Both the position numbers and the translations under genes were made by a program. This document shows, piece by piece, positions 1 to 12,862 of a stretch of 64,000 bases of DNA. A model generated the notes under the pieces. That model did no database searches. It had not been told where the DNA came from and saw only the letters and a program-made list of their open reading frames with translations. The DNA is from Euglena gracilis (taxonomy: Eukaryota): the NCBI GenBank assembly GCA_039621445.1, contig CP154954.1:8186634-8250633 (forward strand), given 5' to 3'. Position 1 is the stretch's first letter; the number at the start of each line of letters is the position of its first letter.

Positions 1-363
1 TGGCTGTGTCGTGTTGTGTATGTGTGGGTGTGCTGGACCAATGCACACAAGGGGAGGATGCCCGGGATCAAGGAGGGGGGCTGCCTTTTTTTTTCAGTTC
101 GGTTGACCCCCGGGGAGGTGCCGCGCCAGCAGACTGCTTTTTTTGTAATTGGCAGTTTTTTTTTTGCTTGTTTGTGCGGGAGATGTTTGGCCCTGGGTTG
201 AGCTCAGTTCCAGCTGGGGGACTCCCAGGGTTGGGGATTGTTATGCCCCCCCCCCCCGCCAGGCATTACATTAAACCCTACTGGGGAGAGGAGGGGGTCC
301 AGCCAGCAGCTTTTTCAGCCTACCCCCCAGGGGTCAGGGGTCGGCAAGCGACACCCTGGTGCA

Positions 364-3300
364 GATGACCTCACGAATTCGGACAACGCGGTGGGCGCTG
401 CCAGCACCCTCTGGGTCTCCCTCATGGGGGTCCCCCTCGCCGTGCTGTGCAACGTCATCACGTTTGTGGCCATCGAGTGCAGTAATTGTGCCAACCTTAC
501 TTCTGCCGCTCGCATGGTGTGCGGTCGATGCATTGTTGTGTTTTTCCCAGTCAGCTTTTATGATTGCAGTTCTGGTGATGAAAGCATGTCGAACCACGAA
601 GTTGGATCACGTCCGGGGCAGAGGGAAAAGCTGGCATCCTTTTGGCCAGCGACTGGGAAGGCAAATGTTTGCTATTGGCAAATTGTTGCCAACTGGCAGG
701 ATGGGCCAGCTCGCCCTGGTGCATCCACTGTTTTTGCAGTTTATTTTTTGCTTTTTTTTGCTCCAGGCAGCTGTTCTGTGCGCGCAGGTCTGTTTTCCCC
801 AGCTCCGCTGTCCCGGTTCTGTTACACGTCAATCGGGGGACGGGTCCCCGTCCGGGCCAGCTTTTCCATCCCCCTTTCTGGCCTCGCAACGACATGCTCG
901 GCGCGCTGTTTGCCAGGCATGTGCTGCTTTGGGTCCTCGCCTGCTGTTTTGTGCCATGTGGCAGTTTTTGTTTTTTTTGCTTTCGGGCTGTGTCTGCCGC
1001 TCATTTTTTCCGCGATGTGCCGCTGGCTTCTAGTCAACCTGATCATAACGCATAACAATGATTGAACTTTTGCACTGACGACATGTGTATGTATATATAT
1101 TGGACAGATATATATGTATGGAAGAATGCTGGCTGCTCTGGGGGCAGCATTTTTCCAGATTGCTTGCAAATCTTTGTTTTTCAGTTCCAGTCAGAAATTA
1201 GCCCTTTGCAAAGTCGCCGTGTTCTTTGCGCTGGAGCCCAGTCCTCGTTGGCCTCCTACATCATCGCCATCTTTCTGCGAATCACGGTGAGCCGCCCAGA
1301 GGTTTCTTTTCCGGTAATGTTCAGTCGGAAGAGGAGGCAAAGAAACCCCTGGAGCGGGCACACGTTCGTACCAGCTGAGTTCAACCTCAGCCAGGGGTTG
1401 CCGCCTTGAGCGGTGAGCATTTAATCACTTAGTCACTGGCTGACCCAGCAGTGATTGGGACTGGCTTTTCAGAGTGAACGACTGGTTTCTGGCCCTAATC
1501 CCACCCCTCGGGGGTTGGGAAAAAACCACTGAAGTCACCCTGCACCGAAGGCACCAGAAAAAGTCTTTGGGTAGTTTTTTCCCCCACATTTTCGGTCATT
1601 TTCCCCTTGGATTCCAGAGTGTCTTCCAAGGAATAAAAGACTGACTGGTTTTTGGAAGAGTGGAACCCGGGGGTCAGTGATGGGAAATTGCATGGCTGTG
1701 AGTGGATGCTCTACGCTCCTGGTCCCAGAAAATTTGGAATCCTCATTTTTGGTTACCTGGAGCCTCCAGGGAGGCTCCCTGGAGGCTGGTTACCTGAGCC
1801 TCCCTGGAGGCTGGTTACCTGAGCCTCCCTGGTTACCCGCCTCCCTGGAGCCTCCGGCAGGTAACCAATTTTGTACACAGGCCATGTTCGACACTCCACC
1901 TCTGCATCACAGCACCACAGCACAGAGCATGCACACCTGTCTCTTGTGACCTCAATGGCACCTGCATGGCAATTGCACCTGGACAGTTTTGCGCATTTCT
2001 GGAGAAGTCCGTCCCTGTGGCAGTGTTTTCTGTTCGAAAGCATCTCATTCATCTCATCATTCATTTATTTATATGCTTACACACACAAATCACGTGTCGG
2101 TTGCATTGTGCGCATCCTCTTTCACAGCTTCTTTTGTCTTGCAATGGCCATTGAGGCGCCTGCTGCCAAGTGGGTTCGGATGGCCGACGGACAGGTGTGT
2201 GCTGCGGAAAGGGTGGTGGGGGCAGACGTTGCCTCGCCTCAAGACGTAGCACAATTGGGGTGCCATTGTCGGTGTGGGCCAGTGAAACATTATGTTGTGG
2301 TGTTTGTGGTTATATCACCAGCAACAATGGCCACCTGTGGCGACACGTTGAAGGGTTTCTTATCCATGTTTCGGGGGAAAAGGGAACCGCCTTGGACCTC
2401 GACAAGACCCTGCACCTGGACGTGCGCCATCTGATGGTCCATGAAACACACACTGGTCTGCTGTAGCCTGAGTACATCAAGAACGTCTGGACCTTCTATT
2501 GTGATGCCAGTGCTGATTATTTGGAAGCCGCGGTGGCCCTTCGTCAAACTCCTGCAGACCACTCCCCAGGGACAAACATCTGCGAGTCCTTCCATGCGCA
2601 AGTGCGCGAGCATCATGGGCTGACGGGTCGGAAGGACTTGGACAAAAACACCATGTGGTTGGACCTGATCGCGTGCTCGTGGAATACTCCATCTTGGAGT
2701 TCCCAACAATGACTCCGGTTGCCATGGACACATGAGGCCCTGAACCACAACAGGTGCAACGTCTCCGCACGGTACGGGGGGGGAGTCTGGTCAATTTTGC
2801 CAACATTGTCATGGGAAGATTCCGGAACGTTCCACGCTGGATCGCCATTTCCAAGCTGCAGCATGGGTGACCCGTGTGCTGAGGGCTCTGCTGAAGGACA
2901 TGCATCGTACAGCTCTGCAGAAAGGAACAACCACAGAAGCCCTGCCGGTTAATTTCAGCCAATTGACCCGGGAGGAGACCACGGCCGAAGACGCGGACTC
3001 CGAGGGGACTGATGGCTCTGAATCCATTGTGTCCCTGCCAAACTAATACCTCACACCTAAATACGCTATACACACCCCTATCTTCTTCCGGTCACAGGAA
3101 ACTCAACGGTGCAGTCTCCTGGACAATTGCGTGCCACTTGCGTCGGTGGAGTTTGACATGTTCCCCCCAGCCAGTGTTTGCAACCCCAACAGACAACACC
3201 CCAATACCTCCCCTCCGGAAGCGCCGAAGGCTGCGGGATTTGGTGTCACAGGACGTGATACAACCACCAGCTCAACACACTGACAGTGTGCAGGAACAGC

Positions 3301-6300
3301 CACCCATCCCCCCTCCCAAGAGTGACCGGAAGAAGCGTAAGCAGAAGCGCCCCGTCAAGGGCTCCGAGGTCTCCTTCAGCGGAGTCCATATCCACTGTCG
3401 AAATCGCGGTCGGGGGAGTTGCTCTCTGTGGGTGTTCATTTCATTCAAAGCATTAACACAGGATGTATATGATGAAAGCATATGCACCGTCCGCCAATTT
3501 TTCGGTTACATGACACAAAAGGCGAAGTCTGCTGCAGTTGCATCACACCGTTTACCCGTCGACAGCTGACGCGTTGTTGGCCAAAATTTGTCCACACATC
3601 CCTCCCCTCCCTGGTGAGCAACTGCATGGTTCATGCATTCCGAGTCTGCAGCACCACGCATTGCATCACTGCACTCCACCTGTCCTGCTGTCGGCCTGTG
3701 TACAAAACTGGTTACCTGAGCCTCCTTGGAGCCTCCTTGGAGCCTCCCTGGAGCCTCCCTCCGGGGAGGCTCCAGGGAGGCTGGTTACCTACGTACTTAA
3801 GTACTAAGTATTTTAGTACCTAAGCCTCCCTGGAGGCTCCCTGGAGCGGAGCCTCCCTGGAGGCTGGTTACCTGAGCCTCCCTGGAGCCTCCGGCAGGTA
3901 ACCTCCTCGGCAGAATTCCATTTTTGCGGTAGACCCGGGAGCGTAGCACTCCAATTTCAGGTGAGAAGGGTGTGGATGGCTTGGGAAGCGGTGGGGCTGG
4001 CCTTTGTGCTGTTCCCCTCCAAATGGCCATACAACAAGTATTTAGTGGCATATTTCCAGAGTCTCGGAGGGGGGTCAGCGGGGGGGGGGGTCCAGCCAGC
4101 CTGCAGGTTTTCCCCCCTCTGGACCCCATCGACAAATTTTAATTCCTGCCAGCGGTTGAATGTCAACAATGTCAACAATGTCAGGTGCCCGGAGGGGGGG
4201 GGGTACGGAACAAAGCACCTCATTCGGCAAAAAAAAATACAAATCATGCAAAAAAAATGCAAAACTTCAAAAATTTGAATCATGCAACTTATGCAACTTG
4301 CATATCCCCCAGCCGAAAATTTTTTACCAAACCTCGGGACATTTCTATTTTAGAACCCAGCAAAGCGGAAAACTGACCGGAGGGGTCAGTCACTGGTCTG
4401 GCTGGTTCCCCTCTTCTGTGCTTTTCAGCTGTTCAACTCCTGCCTCTGGAAGATGGGGTGTTCCCATGGGGGTGATATCTGTGGCGTGGTCGTTGTTCAT
4501 GCTCGTGGTGATGTGCTTGCCCCAAGCGACCCCCATAACAGGGGATTCACTCAACCAGGCATTTGTGCTGATTTATCATCTACTCTTCCCACCACATAAT
4601 GTCTTCACCCCCCTTCTCGGCTCGATGATGTCGATGATGTCAGTGTGATCCCTCCCCCCAAATAATCCCCCCAAATAATGCCCCCCCCCCCCAAATGATA
4701 CCTCCCCTTACAATTTTAACCGAAAAAATACCCCCCCCCCCTAATTTCGGGTCTCAGATCTCGATTTTCGCCCCAACAAATGTGGTTGAAAATCAGTATT
4801 CACGGCATCAAATGACAAAAAAATGGGGTTTTGTGGACCATCAGGCCACAAAAAATGTCAGCTTTTTTTGCGAAAAACTGCAAAAAAATATGTCCAAAAA
4901 AGGGGTTTTTTTTGGTATTTGTTTTGGTTTTAAATATTTTCGAAGAAATTTTCGAAATGTTTGAAGAAATAACCCCCCCTCCCCAAATAAATGCCCCCCC
5001 CCCCAGGTGGAGACTTCGGGCGAAAAAACCCGGATGCATACCAGTGGATAGTGGACCATTTGAACAAAGAAAGTGAAAAAGGTATGGGATCAGAGGGCTT
5101 GGAATCAAATATGCCGACAAAAAAAAACAACTTTTTTGTGTCTTTCACAGAAAGCCACACCAGGGGGTTGCTTAAGAAAATTTGACCCACCCCGCGAGGG
5201 GGTCCAGCCAGCCAGCAGCCTTTTTCCAGCCCCGGACCCCCTCCCCCCATCAACGATATTTATTTATTTCCAGCTGCCTGAAGGGCGGCTGGACATTAAA
5301 CGGATTTTTCGCTTTCGGGGGCCAAAAATGGACGAAAATGGGTCGGGAAAGGGTGGGCCAGGCAAATTTTGGGGTCAACAAATCTATTTTTTTTGCATCA
5401 TTGGCAGTTTTTTTTTGACATTTTTGCAAATTTCGATTTTTTTTGCTACCTGGTTCGACCCCGGGTTGGGCCCAGCTCCAGTCCGGGGGTTTCCCCCTCC
5501 CTGGGTCAGTCAGCAGCCTTTTTCCAGCCAGCTCAAATTTTCAAGCCTCTGAGCTGGACCCGGGGGGGGGGGTCGTTAAGCAACGCCCTGAGCCACACCT
5601 TTGAAAGTTCAGGGGGGAAAAGATTCAATTTAACAACTGTACAAATCAATGGGGAGAAGTTGTGGTTTGCAATTGCTGTGTTTCATCACATTTGTCTTGT
5701 CGCCCAGTGTTTGCAATACAAGCATTTTTGCACTCCCAAAAACAATTTTCTGTTTTTTGGTATGTCATAGAAATTCCAAGCATTCCCAAGAGTGTCCACC
5801 CTCTTGCCCTGAAACGGTGTCTCTTCGGGATTTTCACAAAAAAGCTCAGCATCTGCTCATCCTTCATTTTGGAGATTGACGGGCATCGTCCAGCACTTTT
5901 TGGAATCATTATTTATTAATATTAATATTAATATTAATATTAATATTAATATTAGTATTAATATTATATTAATATTAATATTAATATTAATACTAATATT
6001 AATATTATTAATTAATATTAATATTAATATTAATTAAGGGTTAATATTCCACTCAAAAAAAGAAAAAAATTACATTTACAAGTTTAAATTTAATTAGATT
6101 TAATTACGGTAAAAATTAAAGTTTACAAATTGGATTGCGCCAGGACTGGCCTGTGAATCCAGGAGCAGGAAATGCTTGCCCCCCAACTACTCCCCGGTGA
6201 TGCTTGGAGCGATCCTGCTCGGCTCATGGGTGGCGTGGCTGGTGTCCGCCCGGAAATGGTTCAAGGGCATCCCTGATGGGCTGCAGTCGAGCACTGATTT

Positions 6301-6310
6301 GTCCCCGGGT
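364..6310 (+). CDS. Host amino acid/polyamine permease (APC superfamily, BAT1/UGA4-like), 3' part, multi-exon
   Basis: Exons ~364-516 (DDLTNSDNAVG...FVAIECSNCANLTSAARM), ~804-857 (PLSRFCYTSIGGRVPVRA), ~955-1010 (FVFFAFGLCLPLIFS), ~1240-1293, 1357-1388, 4448-4552 and 6185-~6310. The last four splice in frame to SYIIAIFLRITVSRHTFVPAEFNLGRWGVPMGVISVAWSLFMLVVMCLPQATPITGDSLNYSPVMLGAILLGSWVAWLVSARKWFKG, matching the C-terminal pattern of BAT1/GABA-permease-like transporters. Upstream exon borders and the 3' end are approximate. Confidence 0.8.
1294..1356 (+). other. Euglenid-type nonconventional intron (63 bp)
   Basis: No GT-AG. CAG at +4..+6 (1297-1299), CTG at -8..-6 (1349-1351); CCAGAGGTTTCTTT pairs with AAAGAAACCCCTGG; removal gives LRITVSRHTFVP in frame. 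Confidence 0.8.
1389..4447 (+). other. Euglenid-type nonconventional intron (~3.06 kb)
   Basis: Starts AGC-CAGGGGTTG, ends CAACTCCTG-CCTCT (CAG +4..+6, CTG -8..-6, 9-bp pairing with one G-U); removal joins FNL to GRWG in frame. Confidence 0.8.
1750..3905 (+). mobile_element. Decayed DNA transposon remnant with complex inverted/palindromic termini inside an intron
   Basis: Clusters of GGTTACCTGAGCCTCCCTGGAGGCT repeats at 1750-1868 and 3708-3905; inverted TTTTGTACACAGGCC (1869) / GGCCTGTGTACAAAA (3693); broken internal reading frame containing TNICESFHAQVR (~2570-2610), resembling the catalytic-Glu motif of MULE-type DDE transposases. Confidence 0.45.
5161..5590. mobile_element. hAT-like MITE (430 bp)
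   Basis: TIRs CAGGGGGTTGCTTAA / TTAAGCAACGCCCTG (14/15); perfect 8-bp TSD AGCCACAC at 5153-5160 and 5591-5598. Related partial copies at ~100-358, ~4080-4130, ~8050-8382 and ~12570-12868. Confidence 0.85.
5915..6050. repeat. (ATATTA)n AT-rich microsatellite
   Basis: Direct inspection. Confidence 0.9.
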
Positions 6311-9296
6311 GTGCATCCCTCCGTTCTCCGAATCCTGCTTTGTCAGCAGGAATCCCAACATCACGTTTTTTTTCGCCATTTTTGGGGCATTTTTTTTTTG
6401 CACCTGGAGCTTCCAGGCCAAATGTGGAGGCCATTTTGCTGATGGGTTGGGGTTGGACTTCAATCCTGGCTTTATATAAACTCTGTCTGGAGTTCATCAT
6501 GTGCCTATGAGCTTTCAGGTTGTCTCAGAAAATGTTTTTTCCTGCATTTTTATTGTTTCGTTCTGCAGTTGATGGTGACAACACCGAGGCTAACTGCATG
6601 CCAGAAAGAGATCCGGAAAGTGATGAGATTGTTGATAAAGTGACAAATAAGCAGGTCTGATGCTTTTTTGAAAGCGCAATTGCAAATGCGTCACTCTGTG
6701 TGTCATTAGTCCCTGCTGTATGTGCATGTGTGCGCGTGCGTGCCTGCGTGCATGCATGTGTGTGTCTCCCAACAGGAGTTTATGTTAGTCACCTCCTCCC
6801 CAAGTCAGCTAGAGAGCCGAGGATGCACATTTTTGCTGGTTTGGCCTCCAGGGGACCCTAATTTGTTTGCTGATTTTTTGTATGCCTGCGCTGTCCCCCC
6901 CCCCCCCAAAGGCACACCATGCCCTCTCCCCCCAAGTGATGGACAGACCCTTTCACATTGGGATTTCCCCACAGGTATAATTATAAACATAAAAAGGATT
7001 ACAGTTTGGGTTTGTTGTATGCAAATGCATTTTCTTCAAGGCCCTTTTCCCTCAAGCGCATTTCACCCATGTTTCCCACATATTTTTTGTGGGAAACCCC
7101 CCCCCAATCAAACACACATGAAAAGCCAGGAACCATTGCTTTCAAAGAAGGAAAAGAATTAAGGAAAAATCTTTCTGTGTGAGTTTGGCCGCCTGAGTTC
7201 ATATCTCAAGCAAGTGGTTTTTTTTGTGTTTCCATCCTCGGGTTGTCTCCCCCCCAAAAAGAATAATATTTGCTCCTCCCTCGCCAGTCTTTTTTTCCCC
7301 AGAAGTGCGCACCTCCGGGTGAGGCACTTTTGGAGGGGGGTTTTGGGGTGGGCAGTGCTCCAGTACACTCCCCGGCGCCAAAGGTGCCGGAGCCCGAAAG
7401 AGGCCATTTTCAAAGGAAATTTGGCTGGGTCGGCAGCCACCTGGGTCCAAAACTGACCCCCTCTGGGGGTGCGTGCGTGCTATGGGCAGGCACCCCATAG
7501 CACAAAGCACCCGGGGTGGGTAAAAAGAAGCCTGCCCCTCTCCCCGCCCCCCCCCCCAAGGGCGCCCAGCCACAGAAGCACCCCCCCCCAAGGGGGGTGC
7601 TGCGAGCAGCCCAGCTGGGCTGCCCCCTTTTTGCTGAATCCACCCGAAATATGTGTATGTGTCTTGCAATTCCAAAACTTTTGGAGAAACAATCCAAAAA
7701 CGGCCAAACGAATGGTGTGTTTAGTTTTCCCGGGGTTTTTTGGAGTTGTCGCGTGGGCTTTTCAGGAACGAGCCCCGCGGCTCACTTCTTTGATCGATTG
7801 TCCACTTTTTGGTTTCTGCTGTCCCAGGTTAGGACCCGCCCTCCCCCTGAGAGTTCCGTGGCTGAGCTTGTCGTGTGCGTCGCATTGCTGTATTTAACGT
7901 CCCGGCACCCTAATTGACAAGCTTTTATTGCACGGTCCTGGCACCAGACCACACCATAATAAATTTCAGGTTTTGGAAGACTTTGAGAATTCAGCTGCCG
8001 ATTCCGGGCAACCACCAGCGGATTCAGGGAGGCAATTAATTTTAAGAATAGCTTAAGAAATTTTGACCCCACCCCCTGGGGTCCATCCCGCCAGCAGCCG
8101 TTTTCCAGCAGACCCCCTCCCCCCATCAATGGGTTTTATTCATTTCATTTCCATTTAATTCAATTTGGGCGGCTGGACGATAACGGATTTTTGGCTTTCA
8201 GGAGTACAAAAAATATGTCGAAAATGGGCAAAAATGGGTCGGAAAACAGCAGGCAGGGCAAATTTGGGGTCAAAAATCGATTGTTTGCATATCTGGCAGT
8301 TTTTTTTTGGGATTTTCAGCCTTTTTCCAGCTAGCTTAAGTGTTTTTTTCTTCTTCCTTTGAGCTCTTTCAGCAACGCCCTGTTTCAGAGGTAAGAGGGA
8401 AGAAATGTCGTTGAAATCAAAAGTCTTTTGTTTGGGAAAAGTGCACGCAGATTTCTTGCATCAAAGGCTGGTAATTTGATTTGTTTCGTTTTGTTGCCAT
8501 CTGGCTGACTGTTTTTTTTTTAAAAAAAGGCAAGTTCCTCTTTTTTTCATTTGCAGGTGGCGTGCTTGACCAAAGCGTCCAATCCATTAGAACAGCGATC
8601 ATTGAGTATCCCTGCCTCCCCAGTTTTTGTCTGAACCCCCTTCCTCTCCAACAAGTGTCTCAGGCGGCGCATCTCGCATTTAAGCTTTTTTTGGGTCGGG
8701 GTGTGCCTTTTCGCATTTGACAAGGATTTGATTTGGGCACCGGCGTTACAACGGGTGAGAGCGAGAGGCAGCAGGATTGGCCAAAATACGAGCAAACTGT
8801 CATTTTTGGCACCGGCTCTCCTGGGAATTACATTTTGTTTTTGCTGTTTTTTTTTGAGGTTGGACTGACACGAACACCCCCAGTCCTACCCCCCCCCCAA
8901 AGTAAAAAAAACACCGACAAAAACACCAAAACCCCAGCTCCGCCTCCCCCTTTTCCTTTATGACAACCTGTGGCGCCAGGTGGTGCTCTGGAGGTGGGGA
9001 GGCGAGTCCACCCCTTTGTTTACTTTCTGAAGTTTTTGCGGCGCATTGTGGAGGTTTTTGAAGTTGGTTACAAAAAGAGTAGCAGTGCACATGCCACATA
9101 TACAATGGGCCGTTCGAGAATTCTGCCACTGGGAGTTGATGAGGGGGATACAGAACACAGTCGATGGCAAAAATCCATCAATGCTCCACTGATGTTTAAG
9201 GCTCCATTGCAAAGGATGTAATGCCACAATCTCATGCCGTTGTTTTTCCAGCTCCAAACGTGCTCACATAGAGTCTACTGGTTGGGATTTAAAATG

Positions 9297-9815
9297 GTCG
9301 GCGTGGGCAAATGTGCACATTGCAGGGGGGGGGAAAATACGTTTCGCATTTTTTCGCATTTTTGCGCATTTTTTGCGCATTTTTTCAAATTTTCCAAAAA
9401 TGCGCATTTTTGCGCATTTTTTCGCATTTTTTGCGCATTTTTTCGTTTTTTTCAGGACATTTTTTTGCTTTTTGGCACATTTTTTCGTGATTTTCCAAAA
9501 TTTTCGCATTTTTTGACCATTTTTGCAATTTTTTGCAAAAAATTGAAATTTTTGACTTTTTTTGAAACGTACATTTTCCTCATTATTCTACATAATTTCT
9601 TCAAATTTGGTGCCATTTTTGCATGTTTTTGGGTAATTTTTGCATTTTCGTGATTTTTGCGCATTTTTTCTTGGATTTTGCACATTTTTGCGCATTTTTT
9701 TGCTCATTTTTTTTTCGCATTTTTGCTCATTTTTGTTTTTTTTTTTTTTTTTTTTTTTGCCCCCCCCCCCCCCCGCCCCTGCACATTGTGCATGTGCACA
9801 TTTGCGCACATCGAC
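9297..9815. mobile_element. Foldback/MITE-like element with TTTTGCGCA-rich interior
   Basis: Inverted ends GTCGGCGTGGGCAAATGTGCACAT (9297) and ATGTGCACATTTGCGCACATCGAC (to 9815) enclosing low-complexity T-run/GCGCA repeats. Confidence 0.5.
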
Positions 9816-12800
9816 ATCATGTATGCTGTTGTGTGGGAGTGGACCCCCTCTTTTGAATACTGCTGGTATGTTTGGGCGGTTGGTATGCACAATTTCCCAT
9901 GTCAACCATTAAAATGGCTGCTTTTTGCAATGGTGCACACCAATCAAAATTTGTTTTCAGTTTGAAGCCTTGGCAACAGGGAAGGATGCGAGAAGACAAG
10001 AATGGGAACAGGAGAAGAGCAGCGTGTGGGGGTGTTGTGGTCAAAATGGTGGCGCTGTAAGGTATGTCTGAGATGGTCAAATGAAGCATGTCAGTGTATT
10101 GCATTGCATGGCCCCCTGAACACCAAGGTTTTCAAGTCAGTTGACACGTCCGGGCCACTGTAGTGTGCCTCATTTTCGGACAAGAAACTGGAGTTGAAGG
10201 GCACTTTTAGACTCGGTTTTTCAGGATAAAACCTAAAAGTCCCGAAGTTCTGATGGTTTTTTTTCGGGGGTCAGAAATTGCTTTTTCACAGGCTAAATCG
10301 CCAATCCTCAAATTTGGGCCTCACGCTGGTTTTTTTAGTTGCATTTAAGTTCTACAAAGTACCTCGCATTTAAGGATTTCCAAATTGCAGTAGTGCCGCT
10401 CCCTCTGAACGGTACGTATTTTAAGTTGTCCAAGTGGTTTGCATGCGCAGATGCGCAAACCAATCAAACAGACTTTTTTTGAATTTGCACAAACCAACCA
10501 CTTGTACAATTCTGCAAATACACAAATTGCTGCTGGCACATATGTCCCTTTTCACAGTTACACAGGTTTGTGTGCGCCAACCATTTGCGCGTTTGCACAC
10601 TCCGACCGCCAATTTTTCACACAAAAGTATCAGGCTTGGGCACACCCCATCAAATCGTTCAGTCAACATCCTACGTCAATGAGGCAGAAATTGAAGGGTT
10701 CCAAACAAATTTGCTGAATGTTGTGTGTACCATGTGCTGTGGTGATATTTGCCTTGCCCTCAGGCACAAAGTCAAATGCTCAAAGTCTCTGCTTCCATCT
10801 CCCCGTCCTAACCCCATCACATCCTGCTGACATTTTTGGGGTTTGGGGAGTCATGTCCAGGGGGTTTTGTCAAAAATGTCGATGTGCGCATTTGCCCAAA
10901 TCGACAAAGAAAAAAATCCTTAAGTGCGAGATGCGCGCCTAAGTATGTGCCTTCCTTCCTATTCTTTTTCCAGCAGCTTTAAAGTCTCTGAAAAATAGAT
11001 TCACTTGACACCTGTGTGATCCCACCCCATGGGGTTTCAAGAATGAGTGGTGGTTTGGCCCGCTGGACCGCCCCCCCCCCCCCCAATGGTGCACCTGGGG
11101 TGGGGTGCGCCATGGGTAAGATTTTGGCTCGGCAGAAGGCTGGGCCGGAGAATTTTGCAAGTGTTTTCAGCCGATGTTGGCTGGGTTTGGGGGTTGGTTT
11201 TTGAAAAAAGTCGGTGGGTGGGTTTGGTCCGGGAAAAATTGCCCCCCCCCCCCCGGATCACCAAGTGAATCTATGCTCTGGATCACCCCCGTGCCCTACT
11301 TCATTGCATTGCTTTCAGGTCTATGCAGGTTGTCTGGCTGGCTTCTGATTGTCTTGGCCGATTGTTCCAGCCACATAGCTGCGGCTATTGCGGATGTGAG
11401 TCACAGTGATCACTTTTTTGGAAACCCACCTTCATGTCCACGGCTTCCGATTTGACAGAGCAACCGGCTTCTTTTAAACTCGGAAGGCCCCTCCCCCTGG
11501 GGGAGGGGCCCCAGGCAGGAGGCGTGGGGGTGGGTCGTTGTCAAAATTGTAGTACTTGCGCAAACGCACAACAAGCACAATTTTTTCACAATGAACACGT
11601 TAGGGATGCTGTTGCGCAAAATGTGCTGTGGAATGTTTCATTTTCCCTTGTTTTGTTGCCCAGTGTTTTAGTTTCGGCCCTGGGGGACCTGTGCCCTCGG
11701 ATCGCGAAGCTCCACGTCGTTGCTTTCGCGCCCAGGCCCTGCACCTTCATTCCGGTCATTTTTTTCCCAGGCCGGCTGGTGGGGTGGTGTGGAGGGGGGG
11801 TTGGGTTTCCATAGGGGCGAGACAGGGACAGAGACAGGGACAGCAGGCACCGGGGCCCAAAACCGACCCCTTAAATAAATTCCTGCCTTGGGACCTACCC
11901 CCACGAGGGGGCGGGGTGCTAGGGGCAGGCACCCCATAGCACCCGATCCCCCCCCCCCCCCCCCCCCCCCCCCGGGGGGAGGGGTGCCCTCCGACCCCGG
12001 CGCCGGGGGCCCGGAAACGGCCATTTTCAATGAAAATTTTCTGGGTCCCCCGGACCCCTATCCCCCTGGGGGGGGGGTGCCTGCTAGGGGCAGGCACCCT
12101 ATAGCACCCACCCCCCCTCCCCCCCCCCCCGGTCGGTATGCACAAGCATGCTTGGGACATCATTTTCACCAATTCCCCCCCATTGTTTTGTTTGTTTTTT
12201 CCCCATTTCTGCCGTTGTTGGAAAGTGGAATGAAGCGAAGATGTGCTGCCATGAATGTTTTTTGTTTTGCCCCCGCCATCCTTCCTTGCTGGGGAGTTGA
12301 CACGATCGGGTCGGATCCGTCATTGATGGGTTCTTCTCTGGATTGGCGGAAACTCTCTTCAGCCCGTTTAATTCATTTTCCCAGTGCCGACCTCAAAATT
12401 GGATGGGCCGAAGGTGCTTGCAGAACAGGCACTCCAAAGCCCGACCCTGTACAGCTGGTTGTGGGTATCCATGCCGGCTCAAAATATGGGTTTTTCTGTG
12501 TGCACATTGTGGAAAAATGCATTGTGGAAAAATGCATTGGCAGGGGAATTCCAGGATGAGGGTGCAGCTTGAGAAACTTTGACCCCCAGGGGGGATCCAG
12601 CCAGCCACCAGTTTTTTTCCAGAAGTTTTATTAATTTCAGCAGCCCTCAGGGCGGCTGGACAGTGACGCATTTTTTTTGCTTTCGGTGCCAAAATGGGTC
12701 AGATAAAAAACATTTTTTGACATATTTTTTTGTGGGATTTCGACTATTTGGCGCCCCTGTTCGACCATCAACAAAAAGTTACAGTCCAGGGGGGTCAGAC

Positions 12801-12862
12801 AGGAAGCTTTCCCCCCAGCCGCCCCAAAAATTTCCAGCTTCTTGGCCACAACGTCGTTGAGC

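Larger units (their letters stand above)
4553..6184 (+). other. Euglenid-type nonconventional intron (~1.63 kb)
   Basis: Starts AAC-CAGGCATTT, ends AAATGCTTG-CCCCCC (9-bp pairing with one G-U; 3' spacing off by one inside a C run); removal joins GDSL to NYSPV in frame. Confidence 0.7.

Noticed and set aside
1287-1292. GTGAGC as the splice donor of the permease exon
   Set aside because: No matching in-frame AG acceptor; the paired 1294-1356 boundary gives a better family-like peptide.
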